Origin: an uncultured Clostridium sp.
Lineage (GTDB): Bacteria > Bacillota > Clostridia > TANB77 > CAG-508
NCBI GenBank assembly: GCA_947088765.1
Contig: CAMUHU010000014.1
Coordinates: 1-29,859 of the forward strand
Direction: 5' to 3'
Length of the DNA: 29,859 bases
Position 1 is the stretch's first letter; each line of letters opens with the position of its first letter. A program made the translations under genes and the position numbers. Below the pieces are notes generated by a model. It did no database searches. It worked only from the letters and a program-made list of their open reading frames with translations, and was not told the origin of the DNA. Positions 7,482-16,948 of this stretch are shown here, piece by piece.

Positions 7482-8675
7482 TTATAGACCTATATATGGT
7501 GCTGGATTTACATATGTACCACTATTTAAAACTCCAAAGTGTAAGTGATATCCTGTTGAGGCACCTGTTGAACCTACTGTTGCAATTGTTTGTTTTCTTG
7601 CCACCTTACTTCCTAATCCTACATTAATTGTTGAACAGTGTGCATATACTGTAACTAATCCTCCACCATGACTTACCATAATATAATTTCCAAATCCACT
7701 TCCACAACCACAGCTTCTTGATTTTCCATAATTGTGTGAACAACCTGTATAAACTGCTATAACTGTACCAGATTCTGCTGCAAGGATCGATGTTCCTTTT
7801 GGTGCTGCTAAATCTATTCCTTTATGATATGATGAACCACCTGCTAATGGGCTACCTCTTGAGCCGAAATATGAAGAAACTCTAGTATATCCTGGACATG
7901 GAAATTGTAAACTTCCACCAGAATATGAACCTCCTGTATTTGCATTTTGTTGTGCTAATCTTCTAAATGCTTCTTCTTGTTCTGTTAATTTACGAGCAGT
8001 TTCATCTTTTTCCTTTTGTAATGCTGCATCTTCATCCTTTAATTCATCAACTTTTTTCTGTCTTTCATTTTTGGCATTTGTTAAAGCTGTTTTTTGTCTT
8101 TGAACTTTTTGTTTTTCTTCTTCTGCTTTAGTCTTCTTTTCTTCTAATGATATTTTATTTTTTTCAATTTCTTCCTGTTGTTTTTCTAACTCATCTAATA
8201 ATTCTTCATCTAAATCTAGCACTTCGCTTAAGGTATGATAAGTAGATAAAAAACTTGTTAAACTTGTAGATTTTAAAAGGACATCGAGAATTGTCTTTTT
8301 TCCATACATGTAATTTTTAACAACTCTTTCGCAAGCAAGATCATGTTTTTTATCATATTCTGCTTTTTTTTGTTCTAACTCTGTTTCTAATTCTTTTATC
8401 TCTTTTTCTAAATCCCTTAGACTTTTCTGAACTACATCTAACTCATATTCATTTTTACTAATATCTTCATCTAATAAGTCTATCTTTTTTCTTTCATCTG
8501 TTAGATTATCTTGTATCTCTTTTAATTCTTTTTCAATTCTATCCATTTCATCTTTAGTATCTTCTATATCCTGCTGTATATCTTGTTGAGTTACTGCATA
8601 TGTACTATATATTGTAGAATAAATTAATACTGTAACTAATAATAACGATAATATTATTTTCATTGTTGCTCTCAT
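7482..8675 (-). CDS. M23 family metallopeptidase with N-terminal coiled coil (EnvC-like FtsEX-associated murein hydrolase/activator)
   Basis: Signal/TM segment, about 230 aa of heptad-rich coiled coil, then an M23 core (YHKGIDLAAPKGT, GYHLHFGV). Located directly downstream of ftsEX. Confidence 0.85.
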   Translation of the reverse strand: MRATMKIILSLLLVTVLIYSTIYSTYAVTQQDIQQDIEDTKDEMDRIEKELKEIQDNLTDERKKIDLLDEDISKNEYELDVVQKSLRDLEKEIKELETELEQKKAEYDKKHDLACERVVKNYMYGKKTILDVLLKSTSLTSFLSTYHTLSEVLDLDEELLDELEKQQEEIEKNKISLEEKKTKAEEEKQKVQRQKTALTNAKNERQKKVDELKDEDAALQKEKDETARKLTEQEEAFRRLAQQNANTGGSYSGGSLQFPCPGYTRVSSYFGSRGSPLAGGSSYHKGIDLAAPKGTSILAAESGTVIAVYTGCSHNYGKSRSCGCGSGFGNYIMVSHGGGLVTVYAHCSTINVGLGSKVARKQTIATVGSTGASTGYHLHFGVLNSGTYVNPAPYIGL

Positions 8676-8739
8676 TTATCTTCAATTCCTTTCGTTTGTA
8701 TTTTTTATACTTTTCTATACCAAATGTCATTTTATAAAC

Positions 8740-9651
8740 TCATACCTCTAAGTATTTACGCATTGACATACCACTTCCCAAAACACCAATTCCAATTCCT
8801 ATTGCCAAATACATTATCATAATTAAATTAATCATATCTGCAAATGAAACTAAACTTATATTTAATTTTTGTAGTGTTTCTACTTGTACTGCTTGTACAG
8901 CAATAGCATTGTATGCAAATCCTACTATTATAAGTGTGATTAATGCTGCTATTATTCCAATAATCATTCCTTCTACTATAAACGGCCAACGTATAAAATT
9001 ATTTGTTGCACCTACATATTTCATAATTGATATTTCTTTTCTTCTAGCATGTACAGATAATTTTATAGTATTAGAAATAATAAAAATTGATATTATTATT
9101 AGTGCAATAAGAATTGCCAATATTCCTATTCTTAATCCTTTTGCTATTGATGATAATGTTTCTATTGTACTATCTGTAGCTACAATATCATATATTATTT
9201 TTCTATTATTTATTTGTATAGACCTTATTTGGTCTTGAACTTCTTTATTTAAAGATAAATCTGTTAATGTAACTGTATATGAGGCTGGAACATATTCTTC
9301 TGGAACTCCCTCCATAAATTTATCATGATCCTTCATATCTTCCTTCATTTGATTTAGAGCATCTTCCTTTGACACATACTTTATGGTATTTACTCCTTCG
9401 ATTTTCATTATTTCTTGTTCTAATTTTTTTATTTCTTCGTCTTTTGCATCCTTTACTATAAATGCTTGCATTCCTTGCTGTTTTTCTATATTTGTTACTA
9501 TATGATTAATATTTTCTCCTAGTATAAAGAATGCACCAAACATTAGCATTGTTAAACACATGGTTGTTATTGAAATTATTGTAGATTTTTTGTTTTTAAA
9601 AACGTTCCTAAATCCTTCTCCCATCAAATAACTAATAATATTATATCTCAC
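8740..9651 (-). CDS. ftsX: Cell division permease FtsX
   Basis: GEGFRNVFKNKKS N-terminus, four TM segments and a large extracellular loop. The preferred start is GTG 9651, 8 nt after GGTGG. The ORF-track start at 9663 is a GTG inside that RBS. Confidence 0.85.
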   Translation of the reverse strand: MRYNIISYLMGEGFRNVFKNKKSTIISITTMCLTMLMFGAFFILGENINHIVTNIEKQQGMQAFIVKDAKDEEIKKLEQEIMKIEGVNTIKYVSKEDALNQMKEDMKDHDKFMEGVPEEYVPASYTVTLTDLSLNKEVQDQIRSIQINNRKIIYDIVATDSTIETLSSIAKGLRIGILAILIALIIISIFIISNTIKLSVHARRKEISIMKYVGATNNFIRWPFIVEGMIIGIIAALITLIIVGFAYNAIAVQAVQVETLQKLNISLVSFADMINLIMIMYLAIGIGIGVLGSGMSMRKYLEV

Positions 9652-10330
9652 TATTATAACCACCTTTTTTATCGTCTCTTACTATGACACCTTTATCTAT
9701 TTGAATTACTCTTTTTTTCATTTCATCTACTATATCTTTTGCATGAGTTGCTACAACAACTGTTGTACCCCTTAAGTTTATTTCATTTAATAGGTTCATT
9801 ATGTCCCAAGCTGTCTCTGGGTCTAAGTTTCCTGTTGGTTCGTCTGCAATAATCATTGATGGATTATTAACTAATGCTCTTGCTAATGCTACTCTTTGTT
9901 GTTCTCCTCCAGAAAGTTCATTTGGATACATTTTTGCTTTTCCACTAAGTCCTACTAATGATAATACCATTGGTACTTGTCTTCTTATATGTCTTGGTGT
10001 TGCTCTTACTATATACATTGCATATGCTACATTATCATAAACTGTTTTATCTGGTAATAATCTAAAGTCTTGGAAAACCACTCCCATACTTCTTCTTAAA
10101 TATGGAACTCTACTTTTCTTTAAGAATGTAGTGTCTTTTCCATTTATTATTATATTTCCTGATGTTGGTTCTTCTTCTTTTAATATCATTTTTATTAATG
10201 TTGATTTTCCTGAACCTGATGCTCCTACTAAAAACGCAAATTCTCCTTTTTCTATTTTAAAGTTTGCATTTTCAACTGCTGGCACATCACTAGTTCCATA
10301 TACTTTTCTTACATTTCTAAATTCTATCAT
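9641..10330 (-). CDS. ftsE: Cell division ATP-binding protein FtsE
   Basis: Walker A GASGSGKST, ABC signature LSGGEQQR, Walker B IIADEPTGNLD. 229 aa, immediately upstream of ftsX. Confidence 0.95.
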   Translation of the reverse strand: MIEFRNVRKVYGTSDVPAVENANFKIEKGEFAFLVGASGSGKSTLIKMILKEEEPTSGNIIINGKDTTFLKKSRVPYLRRSMGVVFQDFRLLPDKTVYDNVAYAMYIVRATPRHIRRQVPMVLSLVGLSGKAKMYPNELSGGEQQRVALARALVNNPSMIIADEPTGNLDPETAWDIMNLLNEINLRGTTVVVATHAKDIVDEMKKRVIQIDKGVIVRDDKKGGYNSEI

Positions 10331-10435
10331 TTTTGCTCTCTTCCTTAATAGATTTATAAATAATTGAATTTGTAATTATATATTATGACATTTTTCTCTA
10401 TATTTTTAAAAAAAATTTACTATATACACACTTAT

Positions 10436-10464
10436 ATCATAACAATAAACAAAATTTATTTCAA
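10436..10464 (-). promoter_or_regulatory. Candidate promoter for ftsEX
   Basis: The minus strand reads TTGAAA (10464-10459), a 17-nt spacer, then TATGAT (10441-10436). This would give a 5' UTR of about 100 nt. Confidence 0.3.
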
Positions 10465-10570
10465 GCTTTTTTTATTAATATTTTTTATTAATTTTTAGTT
10501 ATTCTACCTTTTTCTTCCTTATTCCCTGTTTCTATGCTAATTTTTATTACTTTGTAAATTTTTTGTGTCC

Positions 10571-11389
10571 TCATTTTATTCTTTGTTTAACAATTTCATA
10601 CATTACAATTCCTGCTGATACTGATGCATTTAATGAGTTTATTTTTCCTTTCATCGGGATTTTTACTAGTCCATCACAGTTCTTTTTTACTAAATCACTC
10701 ATTCCAGAGCCTTCACTTCCTATTACTATGGCTACCCCATCTCTAAAGTCTTGATTATAATACATAGTTTTAGCTTGTCCATCAGTTCCATAAATCCATA
10801 TATTATCCTCTTTTAAATATTTTATAGTATCATTTATATTGCTAACTCTTGCTATTTTTACATGTTCTACTGCTCCTGCTGAGGTTTTTGCTACTGTTGC
10901 ATTTACTGCTGCCGACCTTCTTTTAGGTATTATTATTCCATGTACTCCTGCTGTTTCTGCTGTTCTAATAATTGACCCTAAATTATGTGGGTCTTCTATT
11001 CCATCTAAAATTAATATAAATGGTTTTTCTTCTTTTTCTTTTGCATATTCTAAGATATCATATACATCACAGTATTCAAATGGTGGAACAATTGCAATTA
11101 CTCCTTGATGTTTTTTTGTTTCTGATATTTCATCTAACTTCGATTTTTGAACTTCTACGACTACTATTCTTTTTTCTTTTGCTTTCGCTATTATCTTATT
11201 TATTGAACCATTTCTTTCTCCTGATTGTATAAATATTTTGTTTATATCTTTTCCAGATTCTAATAATTCTAAAACAGGATTACGTCCTTCTATTATATCA
11301 TCATATATTTTTTCTGGTTTGTTGTTCTGTGTCCTTGTACTTTGTTTTGAATACGTTTTTTTATTATATTTTTGTTCTCTATTCTTCAT
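10571..11389 (-). CDS. rlmB: 23S rRNA (guanosine-2'-O)-methyltransferase RlmB (SpoU/TrmH family)
   Basis: IEGRNPVLELL substrate-binding N-domain and SpoU motifs (GIEDPHNLGSIIRTAE, IGSEGSGM, SLNASVSAGI). Start ATG 11389 with GAGG 7 nt upstream; the track start at 11401 is TTG. Confidence 0.85.
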   Translation of the reverse strand: MKNREQKYNKKTYSKQSTRTQNNKPEKIYDDIIEGRNPVLELLESGKDINKIFIQSGERNGSINKIIAKAKEKRIVVVEVQKSKLDEISETKKHQGVIAIVPPFEYCDVYDILEYAKEKEEKPFILILDGIEDPHNLGSIIRTAETAGVHGIIIPKRRSAAVNATVAKTSAGAVEHVKIARVSNINDTIKYLKEDNIWIYGTDGQAKTMYYNQDFRDGVAIVIGSEGSGMSDLVKKNCDGLVKIPMKGKINSLNASVSAGIVMYEIVKQRIK

Positions 11390-11415
11390 AATTAACCTCA
11401 ATTCTTCTTTTCAAT

Positions 11416-11438
11416 GGGCACATGCAATGTGCCCCTAC
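11416..11438 (-). repeat. REP-like module: GTAG plus an 8-bp GC hairpin
   Basis: The minus strand reads GTAG-GGGCACAT-TGC-ATGTGCCC. It lies between lepA and rlmB. Confidence 0.6.
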
Positions 11439-11445
11439 AATAATT

Positions 11446-11502
11446 ATTCAGCATTCATCATTCATCATTAACTATTCATTATTCATTAATTTTATATTCA
11501 GT
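11446..11502. repeat. Heptamer tandem repeat (ATTCATC-like, about 6 units)
   Basis: ATTCAGC ATTCATC ATTCATC ATTAACT ATTCATT ATTCATT at 11446-11487. A further ATTCAGT at 11496-11502 overlaps the relic stop codon. Confidence 0.5.
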
Positions 11503-11527
11503 CTTCGTCGTCTAGCTTTAATACTGA
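11498..11527 (-). other. Relic second copy of the lepA 3' end (last 9 codons plus stop)
   Basis: The minus strand reads tca gta tta aag cta gac gac gaa gac tga (SVLKLDDED*). The functional end at 11603-11574 reads tca gta ctc aag tta gac gaa gag gac tga (SVLKLDEED*). 25/30 nt are identical. Confidence 0.65.
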
Positions 11528-11532
11528 TTTTT

Positions 11533-11571
11533 GACAAGCGAAATTTGCCTTGCAAATTTCTCATGCGTTTC
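11533..11571. repeat. AAATTTGC-NNN-GCAAATTT hairpin element, copy A
   Basis: 9-bp core stem GAAATTTGC-CTT-GCAAATTTC (11540-11560) with flanking GC pairs. It shares about 30 nt with copy B at 26489-26526. Confidence 0.5.
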
Positions 11572-11573
11572 TA

Positions 11574-13382
11574 TCAGTCCTCTTCGTCTAACTTGAGTAC
11601 TGATAGAAATGCCTCTTGTGGTACTTCTACATTTCCTATTTGACGCATTTTCTTTTTTCCACGTTTTTGTTTTTCAAGTAGTTTCTTTTTTCTTGTTATA
11701 TCTCCACCATAACATTTTGCTAATACATCTTTTCTCATTGCAGAGATTGTTTCTCTTGCTATTATTTTTCCTCCTACAACTGCTTGAAGTGGTATTATAA
11801 ATAATTGTCTAGGGATAACTGTTTTTAACTTTTCTACCATTTTTCTTCCTCTATTATAAGCACTATCTTTAAATACTATAAATGATAAGGCATCAACTGG
11901 TTCATTGTTTACATGTATGTCTAGTCTTACAAGTTCTGAACGTCTATATTCTTTGAATTCATAGTCAAAAGATGCATATCCCTTTGTCTTAGATTTTAAG
12001 TTATCAAAAAAGTCATATATTATTTCATTAAGTGGCATATCATATATTAAGGTTACTCTGTTTTCGTCTAAGTATTTCATGTCTATATAAACTCCTCGTC
12101 TGTCTTGACATATTTGCATTAGATTTCCAACATATTCTTTAGGTGTATATATTTCTGCTTTTACTATTGGTTCTTCAACATAAGATATTTCTTGACTAGA
12201 AGGTAAATCTGTAGGATTATATAAATCTAATATTGTACCATCTGTTTTGTGTACTTTATATATAACTGATGGTGCAGTAGTTATTAGTCCCAAGTCAAAT
12301 TCTCTGTCTAATCTTTCTTGTATTATTTCTAAGTGTAATAATCCTAAAAAACCACATCTAAATCCAAATCCTAATGCTGCTGAAGTTTCTGGTTCATATT
12401 GTAGGGCGGCATCGTTTAGTTTTAATTTTTCAAGTGCTACTTTTAAGTTCTCATATTGGCTTCCATCCATTGGGTATATTCCACAATATACCATAGGATT
12501 TACTTTTTTATATCCTGGTAATGCTTCTGTTGCTGGATTTGAATTAACTGTAATTGTGTCTCCAACATGTATATCTTCTAGATTTTTTATACTTGCTGCA
12601 ATATATCCAACTTCTCCTGCTTTTATTTCATTTGATTCTATATATGTTCCTGGTTCAAAATAGCCTACCTCTGCTACTGTAAATACTTTATTTGCTTTCA
12701 TAAGTCTTATTTCGTCTCCTGGTTTTATTGTCCCTTCAAATACTCTTACATAAGCAATTGCTCCTTTGTAATTATCATAATATGAATCAAATATTAAACA
12801 TTTAGCTGGTGCATTTTCATCTCCTCTTGGTGCTGGAATGTCTTTTACAATTCTTTCTAATACCTCTTCAACATTTAATCCTGTTTTTGCTGAAATACAT
12901 GGTGCTGTTTCTGCTTCAATTCCTATAATATCTTCTATCTCCTTTTTTACTTCATCTGGTCTAGCATTTGGTAAATCCACTTTATTTATTACAGGTATTA
13001 TTTCAAGATTATTATCTATTGCTAAATATACATTTGCTAAGGTTTGTGCTTCAACTCCTTGAGAAGCGTCTACTACAAGTATTGCTCCATCACATGCTGC
13101 TAAACTTCTAGATACCTCATAATTAAAGTCAACATGTCCTGGTGTATCTATTAGGTTAAAAATATATTCTTCTCCATTTTTAGCTTTATATACCATTCTT
13201 ACTGCTTGTGATTTTATAGTAATTCCACGTTCTTTCTCTAATTCCATATTATCTAATACTTGACTTTCCATCTCACGTTTAGATAATACTCCTGTCATTT
13301 CTATTATTCTATCTGATAATGTAGACTTTCCATGGTCTATATGTGCAATTATACTAAAATTTCTAATATGATCTCTATCCAT
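11574..13382 (-). CDS. lepA: Translation elongation factor 4 (LepA)
   Basis: [18 protein letters not shown]1 motif, DTPGH, NKVD, and the LepA-specific C-terminal domain. 602 aa. Confidence 0.97.
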   Translation of the reverse strand: MDRDHIRNFSIIAHIDHGKSTLSDRIIEMTGVLSKREMESQVLDNMELEKERGITIKSQAVRMVYKAKNGEEYIFNLIDTPGHVDFNYEVSRSLAACDGAILVVDASQGVEAQTLANVYLAIDNNLEIIPVINKVDLPNARPDEVKKEIEDIIGIEAETAPCISAKTGLNVEEVLERIVKDIPAPRGDENAPAKCLIFDSYYDNYKGAIAYVRVFEGTIKPGDEIRLMKANKVFTVAEVGYFEPGTYIESNEIKAGEVGYIAASIKNLEDIHVGDTITVNSNPATEALPGYKKVNPMVYCGIYPMDGSQYENLKVALEKLKLNDAALQYEPETSAALGFGFRCGFLGLLHLEIIQERLDREFDLGLITTAPSVIYKVHKTDGTILDLYNPTDLPSSQEISYVEEPIVKAEIYTPKEYVGNLMQICQDRRGVYIDMKYLDENRVTLIYDMPLNEIIYDFFDNLKSKTKGYASFDYEFKEYRRSELVRLDIHVNNEPVDALSFIVFKDSAYNRGRKMVEKLKTVIPRQLFIIPLQAVVGGKIIARETISAMRKDVLAKCYGGDITRKKKLLEKQKRGKKKMRQIGNVEVPQEAFLSVLKLDEED

Positions 13383-13411
13383 TGTTTTCCCTTCTCATTT
13401 TTGTTTTTTAT

Positions 13412-13440
13412 ATTTTAGCATATAATCTTTTTATTTTCAA
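13412..13440 (-). promoter_or_regulatory. Candidate promoter for lepA
   Basis: The minus strand reads TTGAAA (13440-13435), a 17-nt spacer, then TAAAAT (13417-13412). Confidence 0.4.
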
Positions 13441-13447
13441 TGCTTAT

Positions 13448-14503
13448 TTAATCTATTGTTCTTTCCTCTACTAAATTATCTAATCTTATATTAGGCTTTC
13501 TTTCTTCTGAGATTTCTTTCAATCTTCTTGTTAGATGTCTTGACCCTTTACTTGTTATTCCAATTCTTAATCCTTCGTTTTCAAAATACTTCAATTCTTC
13601 TAATGTTATAGGAAGCATGCTTTTATCTGTTCTTGATAATAAATATATAGAAGTTATATCCTTATTTTCAAATGTATATGCACATATTGTGTATCTAGAT
13701 ATTTGATCTTTTACTATATTGCAAGGAAATATAAATAACTTTTCTTTATATGTTTGAAATAGAGTTGAAGCCTCTATTCTTTCATCTGGTCTATCTTTGC
13801 CAATATAGATTTCAAAAACTTTTCTATAAAATTTATAAGTCTCTCCTACTGATGTCTTTTTCATTTCTTCATTTAATCTATTATCCGTAAAAACACTTTT
13901 TACAATTTCTGTTGTTGTAACATTTTTACCTATATTTCTTTTCTGTTGTCTACAATAATCTTCTGTATATCCCTTTTCATCACTAATAGTTCCTATTTTC
14001 TTCATAATTTCATCAATTCTTTCTTCTGATAATGTGCTTAAAAAACTTTCTCCCAATCCTCTTGTTCCAAAATTTTTCCAGTGAAATCCTGTTTGAATAT
14101 TTGTTAAATCTCTTTGTAAATCACATTTTATCATTCTACCATCTTTTAATTTTATTACAGGATATACATGTTCTCCAATAGCTAAATTTTGTATTCCATT
14201 TTTGGTAATATTTCCTCCTTCATCAACATAATATACATCTAACCCCATCTCTTCTGCAATATACTTAAATAACCTGCTTATTGTTACACATATAATCTTT
14301 CTTTTATCAAGGGTTTCTATACTTCTATCATCCTTTGATAATTTATATATTTTTTTAATAGTTTCTGAATTCCCCCAATAATAGTGCTCCGAAAAACTCC
14401 TATCTTGTGCTATTTCCTTCATTATATATGCAACAGTTGTTTCTTCATCTAAATTGTGTGGTATTTCACGTTTTATTTTATCAGTTATTTGTTTTTTTGT
14501 CAA
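13448..14503 (-). CDS. Hypothetical protein (351 aa) with a possible transglutaminase-like Cys-His-Asp core
   Basis: Long ORF with a TTG start 10 nt after GGAG. Cys72 (KIICVTISRLF), His112 (GEHVYPV) and Asp128 (IKCDLQ) have the spacing typical of the transglutaminase/papain-like fold. No other motif recognised. Confidence 0.65.
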   Translation of the reverse strand: MTKKQITDKIKREIPHNLDEETTVAYIMKEIAQDRSFSEHYYWGNSETIKKIYKLSKDDRSIETLDKRKIICVTISRLFKYIAEEMGLDVYYVDEGGNITKNGIQNLAIGEHVYPVIKLKDGRMIKCDLQRDLTNIQTGFHWKNFGTRGLGESFLSTLSEERIDEIMKKIGTISDEKGYTEDYCRQQKRNIGKNVTTTEIVKSVFTDNRLNEEMKKTSVGETYKFYRKVFEIYIGKDRPDERIEASTLFQTYKEKLFIFPCNIVKDQISRYTICAYTFENKDITSIYLLSRTDKSMLPITLEELKYFENEGLRIGITSKGSRHLTRRLKEISEERKPNIRLDNLVEERTID

Positions 14504-14516
14504 TATATATCATCTC

Positions 14517-16474
14517 CTATTTTATATCACTTAACTCCTTTATTTTATCTCTTAAAATTGCAGCTTCTTCAAATTCCATATTTTGTGCATGTTTTAACAT
14601 TTCCTCTGTTAATTTATTAATTACATCATCTATGCTTTCTTCTTCTTTTATTCCATATTCTGACTGAATATCTTCTATTATTGTAGCCCTTATAGTGTCT
14701 CTTACACCTTTTCTAATAGTTTGTGGAGTTATATTGTTTTTCTTATTATATTCTTCTTGTATTTTTCTACGTCTATTTGTTTCTCTAATTGCTTTTTCCA
14801 TAGATTCTGTTAATTCGTCTGCATACATTATAACTTTTCCATCTACATTTCTTGCTGCTCTACCAATAGTTTGAACTAATGAACGTTCAGAACGTAAAAA
14901 TCCCTCTTTGTCTGCATCTAATATTGCAACTAACGATACTTCTGGAATGTCTAGTCCCTCTCTTAAAAGATTTATTCCTACTAAAACATCAAATTTTCCA
15001 ACTCTTAAATCTCTTATTATTTCCATTCTCTCCAATGCTTTTATATCTGAATGCATATATCTTACTCTTATATTTACACCTGATAAATAACTTGTTAAAT
15101 CTTCTGCCATTTTCTTTGTAAGAGTTGTAACAAGTATCCTTTCATCTTTTTCTGTTCTCATTTTTATTTGACCTATTAGGTCATCTATCTGATTTTCTAC
15201 TGGTCTTACTTCTATTTTGGGGTCTAATAGTCCTGTTGGTCTTATAATTTGCTCAACTACATTTTCCTTAGAATGTTCACTTTCATATTCAGCAGGTGTA
15301 GCTGATACAAATATTACTTGATTAATTCTATCTTCAAATTCATCAAATTTAAGTGGTCTATTATCTAATGCAGATGGTAGTCTAAATCCATATTTTATTA
15401 GGTTTTCCTTACGTGCTCTATCACCATTAAACATTCCTCTAACTTGTGGAATTGTTGCATGTGATTCATCTACTAATAGTAAAAAGTCCTTTGGTAAATA
15501 ATCAAATAATGTAAAAGGTGCTGAACCTGGTGCTCGTCCACTTATATGTCTTGAATAGTTTTCTATTCCTTGGCAGAAACCTGTTTCTCTCATCATTTCA
15601 ATATCAAAATTCGTTCTTTCCTCAATTCTTTGTGCTTCTATTAATTTATCATATTCTTTAAAATATTTTATTCTTTCTTTTAATTCTTCTTCTATATCTA
15701 CTATTGCCTTATCTAACTTTTCTTTTTCTGTAACATAATGAGAATTAGGAAATATCATAACATGATTTCTTAAACCTATTGACTTACCAGTTAATGGATT
15801 TATTTCATTAACTTTCTCTATTTCATCACCCCAAAATTCAACTCTAATTGCACTCTCACTTTGGTCAGAAGGATAAATTTCTAATACATCTCCTTTTGCT
15901 CTAAAAGTACCTCTTTTAAAATCTATTTCATTCCTAGTATATTGCATATTTATTAGTCTTTTCATAATCTCATCTCTAGACTTTTCCATTCCTGGTCTTA
16001 ATGATACTATCATATTTTCATAGTCAATAGGGTCTCCTAAACCATAAATACAAGAAACAGAAGATACAATTATAACATCTTTTCGTTCAAAAAGTGCAGC
16101 AGTAGCAGAATGCCTCAATTTATCTAGTTCATCATTTATACTTGCATCTTTTTCAATGTAAGTATCACTAGAAGCAATATATGCTTCTGGTTGGTAATAA
16201 TCATAATAAGACACAAAATATTCAACACTGTTCTCTGGAAAGAACTCTTTGAATTCACTATAAAGTTGACCGTGCTAATGTTTTGTTATGGGCAAGTACA
16301 AGGGTTGGTTTTTGTACTTTTTGTATAATATTTGCCATTGTGAAAGTTTTTCCGTGAGCCTGTAACTCCTAGAAGTGTCTGAAATTTCTTGCCCTCCATT
16401 ATTCCTTTACTTAAATATTCTATTGCTTTGGGTTGGTCACCTGTTGGCTTATATTCTGAGTGTAATTTAAACAT
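14517..16474 (-). pseudogene. uvrB: Excinuclease ABC subunit B (uvrB) with two 1-nt frameshifts near the Walker A region
   Basis: 16474-16355 encodes [15 protein letters not shown]...GVTGS. The next frame gives [27 protein letters not shown], and a third frame gives [32 protein letters not shown], continuing into ORF 14517-16214. The extra bases lie near 16354 and 16272. Confidence 0.9.
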
Positions 16475-16492
16475 TTTTCCTCCTAATTATTT

Positions 16493-16933
16493 CTATTTGG
16501 TTTTATAAATCATTTCAATTACCGTTATTCCATTATCTTTTGCAAATTCTTTACTGTCTACAAATCCTATTTTGTGATAACACTTTTTTGCACGTTCATT
16601 ATTTTTTCTAACTCGAAGCCTTACTTCTTCAATATATAGGTCATTAGTCTTTTCTAATATTTGTTTAATTACATGCATACCAATACCTTTATTTCGATAT
16701 TTATCATATGCTATAAATATACCTAAATCAGCATAATTACACTCATATGGCTTTTCTAACCAAATACTTCCTATATACTCATTATTATACTTAATATAAT
16801 ACCATTTAATTTTTTCTGCTTGAAAATTAGGATATATTCTTGATTGATATTTACTTAAATCACTATTAAACACTTCTTCAAATTTTTTATATCTATATTT
16901 ATTACTTTCATCAATTATTTCAATATCTATCAT
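16493..16933 (-). CDS. GNAT family N-acetyltransferase
   Basis: 146 aa with an acetyl-CoA binding motif (YRNKGIGMHVIKQIL) and an AGGAGG RBS. Confidence 0.85.
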   Translation of the reverse strand: MIDIEIIDESNKYRYKKFEEVFNSDLSKYQSRIYPNFQAEKIKWYYIKYNNEYIGSIWLEKPYECNYADLGIFIAYDKYRNKGIGMHVIKQILEKTNDLYIEEVRLRVRKNNERAKKCYHKIGFVDSKEFAKDNGITVIEMIYKTK

Positions 16934-16948
16934 TTACAAATTTTCCTC

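Noticed and set aside
16215-16360. Programmed ribosomal frameshifting in uvrB (and in the intron RT at 898-912)
   Set aside because: There is no slippery heptamer or downstream stimulatory structure. uvrB would need two consecutive same-direction shifts. Intact single-frame genes are the norm for these families.
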